DNA of 63,423 nucleotides, counting the filler, from Octopus bimaculoides (lineage: Eukaryota), in NCBI RefSeq assembly GCF_001194135.2. It is 8 parts of 7 records of this genome, joined end to end, with 100 filler letters (N's around TTAATTAATTAA, not from the genome) between each part and the next. Parts side by side here need not be neighbours in the genome. Positions count along the whole stretch, not along the records: positions 60,478 to 63,423 come from NC_068995.1; 7 more parts are not named here. One strand, given 5' to 3'. The notes under the pieces are model-generated. The model was given only the letters and a program-made list of their open reading frames with translations, ran no database searches and was not told the DNA's origin. Below, in pieces: positions 60,378-63,423 of the stretch. Each line of letters opens with the position of its first letter. Position 1 is the stretch's first letter. The position numbers and the translations under genes are program-made.

Positions 60378-62036
60378 NNNNNNNNNNNNNNNNNNNNNNN
60401 NNNNNNNNNNNNNNNNNNNNNTTAATTAATTAANNNNNNNNNNNNNNNNNNNNNNNNNNNNNNNNNNNNNNNNNNNNCAAGGGGGGGGGGAGATAAAAGA
60501 CATTCGGTTCGTTGATTTTACGTCGAGCTAAACACTTTGGGACGAATTGGCCAACAGTTGGAATTCCACTTGGGACTGGAACAATAGAATGATTGCATTT
60601 CAGAATTGATTCTCATCCGCTCTTAACCCCTAATCAAACGCCACCGGAGTGCGGCTTTTTAGTTAGTAAAGAATAAATGTAAGATACTGGTACGTAATAA
60701 GTTGGAGGAAGAAGTCAAGAACTTGTTACTGGATATTGGGTTAATGATGATAGCGGTGGTGATGATGATGATTATGATGGCGATGATGATGATTGTATTC
60801 TGTTTTATTATTGTTCTTTTTGTTTTCCATTCACAAGATATAGTTATTTCCTACATCGTAGCACGCAATACCGGTCTGGTGGGGCTTTGCCATTCCGGCT
60901 TGTTTTGAAACAAACCACAACATCCGTATTGTGCACGAGTAAATAGGGGACGGGGCTGGATGGGGCAGTGAAAGACGGTTTTTTTCTTTCGTTTGCCCGT
61001 TTATTTATTTATTTAATTACTTCGTTGCTTTCCATTGTTACAATGAAGTCTTGTACCTATCTTGTCGTTGGTGCCAGTGTTGTTGTTGTTCTTATTGTTG
61101 ATCTCATTATTTCCTTATTTACCAAAATGCTGGCAGTTCTTTGACGTTTTCTGTCCTTAGACATCATTCTTGTTTTAATCACACAATCCCTGGTACACAC
61201 CCGCCTTCTCTTTCGTACCTCATCTTCACGTGCGCATGCGCTTCGTTCACAGTAGTCTTGCTGTCGTTTGCAATCACTCCGCTATCATCACCATCACCAT
61301 CAACCCTAACCCACCCGATCTACCCCTCACCTCAAGCCTCCTGTTTTTCATTTCCGTTTAATTTGTAATTACATATTCCGCTATGTATCTTATTTACCTT
61401 ATCGNNNNNNNNNNNNNNNNNNNNNNNNNNNNNNNNNNNNNNNNNNNNNNNNNNNNNNNNNNNNNNNNNNNNNNNNNNNNNNNNNNNNNNNNNNNNNNNN
61501 NNNNNNNNNNNNNNNNNNNNNNNNNNNNNNNNNNNNNNNNNNNNNNNNNNNNNNNNNNNNNNNNNNNNNNNNNNNNNNNNNNNNNNNNNNNNNNNNNNNN
61601 NNNNNNNNNNNNNNNNNNNNNNNNNNNNNNNNNNNNNNNNNNNNNNNNNNNNNNNNNNNNNNNNNNNNNNNNNNNNNNNNNNNNNNNNNNNNNNNNNNNN
61701 NNNNNNNNNNNNNNNNNNNNNNNNNNNNNNNNNNNNNNNNNNNNNNNNNNNNNNNNNNNNNNNNNNNNNNNNNNNNNNNNNNNNNNNNNNNNNNNNNNNN
61801 NNNNNNNNNNNNNNNNNNNNNNNNNNNNNNNNNNNNNNNNNNNNNNNNNNNNNNNNNNNNNNNNNNNNNNNNNNNNNNNNNNNNNNNNNNNNNNNNNNNN
61901 NNNNNNNNNNNNNNNNNNNNNNNNNNNNNNNNNNNNNNNNNNNNNNNNNNNNNNNNNNNNNNNNNNNNNNNNNNNNNNNNNNNNNNGCGTGCACACATCA
62001 GTTATACTTTGGTATTGATAGCTAAATTAGAACTTT

Positions 62037-62612
62037 GGATAGGGTTCTTGCGGTTATTTAGTTGTGTCCCATCACATTCTGAGTTCAAAAACCGCCGAAG
62101 TCGACTTAAACTTTCATCCTTTCAGAATCGATAAAATCGAGTACTTGGGTCGATGTATTTAACTTAACCCCACCCCCTCTAAAATTTCTGGTCATGTGAC
62201 TAATAGTAAAAGTAACTTATCATTCCGAATGAGACGAAATATCTTATGAGTTTGAAAGTGTAGGTCTCGCAGAAGTTTACTTCGCTTTCATTGTGGTATG
62301 GGTGTTCAGAAGAAAAAAACTGTAATGTACTGGTGACGTCACAATCCAGAGAGGACCCCCACCACACTCATATGCTCTCCTTCTACTTCTAAATTTGTGG
62401 CCAAATCGCGATGTTAGAAAGGCGGTGAACTGGCAGAATCGTCAGCACACCTGGCGAAATGCTTACTGATATTTCGTCTGTCTTTACGTTCTAAGTTCAA
62501 ATTCTGCCGGGGTCGACTTTGCCCTTCGTCCTTTTAGGTTTCGATAAAATAACTACCAGTTGAAGATTGGAGTCCCAAAAACGCTGGTTTTGTGCCAAAT
62601 TTTAAAACCATT
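62037..62612 (+). mobile_element. two SINE type B copies (62037-62210 and 62418-62612)
   Basis: type B body in both. Confidence 0.75.
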
Positions 62613-63171
62613 TTTATTAACACACAATTAACAAACCAACTTAGATTTCAATCTTCAGTCTTAATAAAGAAAACTTAATTTTCCATCTGAAGTGCCATTC
62701 TGCCCTTAAAATAAACAGAAACTTTGCACAGTTTTCCTTATCGATTGCTTGAACTGTTCGACCTTTCAAGTACCGTACGCCTTCAAGATATCATACGCCC
62801 TCTGTCACTGTGTTAGTTAACTGCTTCGGGTCGACCTAGGCTTTGTGAGGGAAATCGGGTTGACAAACACTGTGCAGAACCATGTCAGATAGATTGGATC
62901 CGAGATTTAAAGAACCGGCTACGATGGTATGCCGTGTTACGATGATATTTCTTGAGAATTGCGTTAAAGGTATACATACCTGTGGAATAGTCAGCCAGTA
63001 ACACGTTAATTGAATAAGTAGGGAATTCAGTTGATCAAACAAATGAATACTCATATTTCGAAACTGACGGAGATCCCTTGTATGTATAATAGTCGGACGG
63101 TTGGGAGTTTGGCTGTGGAATCACAATGTTCTAAATCTGTGTGCGCGCGCGCGCCTTTTGTGTGTGTATGT

Positions 63172-63215
<44 letters not shown>

Positions 63216-63423
63216 TATACACCGCCTCTGTACAATCGCATGCCGAACTTCATTCGGAAGCACGCCGGCACGCAACCCCAACTCCCGCCCCCACACGCAT
63301 GCAGCCACGAAGACGTCATTAGTCAATATGGAGTGTCATTTGGAGTGTCCTACAAACATCTACATGGCTGACTTATTCGGAGTGACGTCCATGTTAATTT
63401 CCTTAAGGTTTTTTCAATTATTA

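Noticed and set aside
62878-62969. Possible first coding exon MSDRLDPRFKEPATMVCRVTMIFLENCVK with AG/GT ends
   Set aside because: Weak polypyrimidine tract, no recognisable homology and no partner exon in the window
59505-63423. Upstream SF3B3 exons (for example GQLNEYTERKEM...DPS)
   Set aside because: Not found in the readable sequence; beyond 60377 the DNA belongs to a different joined piece

Overview
AT-rich, microsatellite- and gap-rich metazoan DNA. The SINE/LINE repertoire suggests an octopus or other coleoid cephalopod (inference, not verified). Seven identical 100-nt spacers (44 N + TTAATTAATTAA + 44 N) show the window is eight joined sequence pieces, so adjacency across them is not evidence of linkage. 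The only host gene I can support is the 3' half of SF3B3/SAP130 (minus strand, 12 GT-AG exons, 59504 to 41885, 595 codons plus stop). The rest is transposon debris: four tRNA-derived SINE types, RTE, CR1, L1/Tx1 and R4/Dong LINE fragments, Tc1, mariner, Tigger and piggyBac remnants, a piggyBac-type MITE, a Helitron derivative with 23-aa STPR-like repeats, and Penelope-like termini. The most interesting signal is not in the ORF track: at least seven type I hammerhead ribozyme motifs from about five unrelated sequence families. Most have the short palindromic stem III typical of Penelope-element hammerheads. One (8492-8634, minus) keeps a fully intact catalytic core and carries a roughly 105-nt multi-helix extension of stem II. 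Most ORFs in the track are microsatellite or N-gap artefacts.
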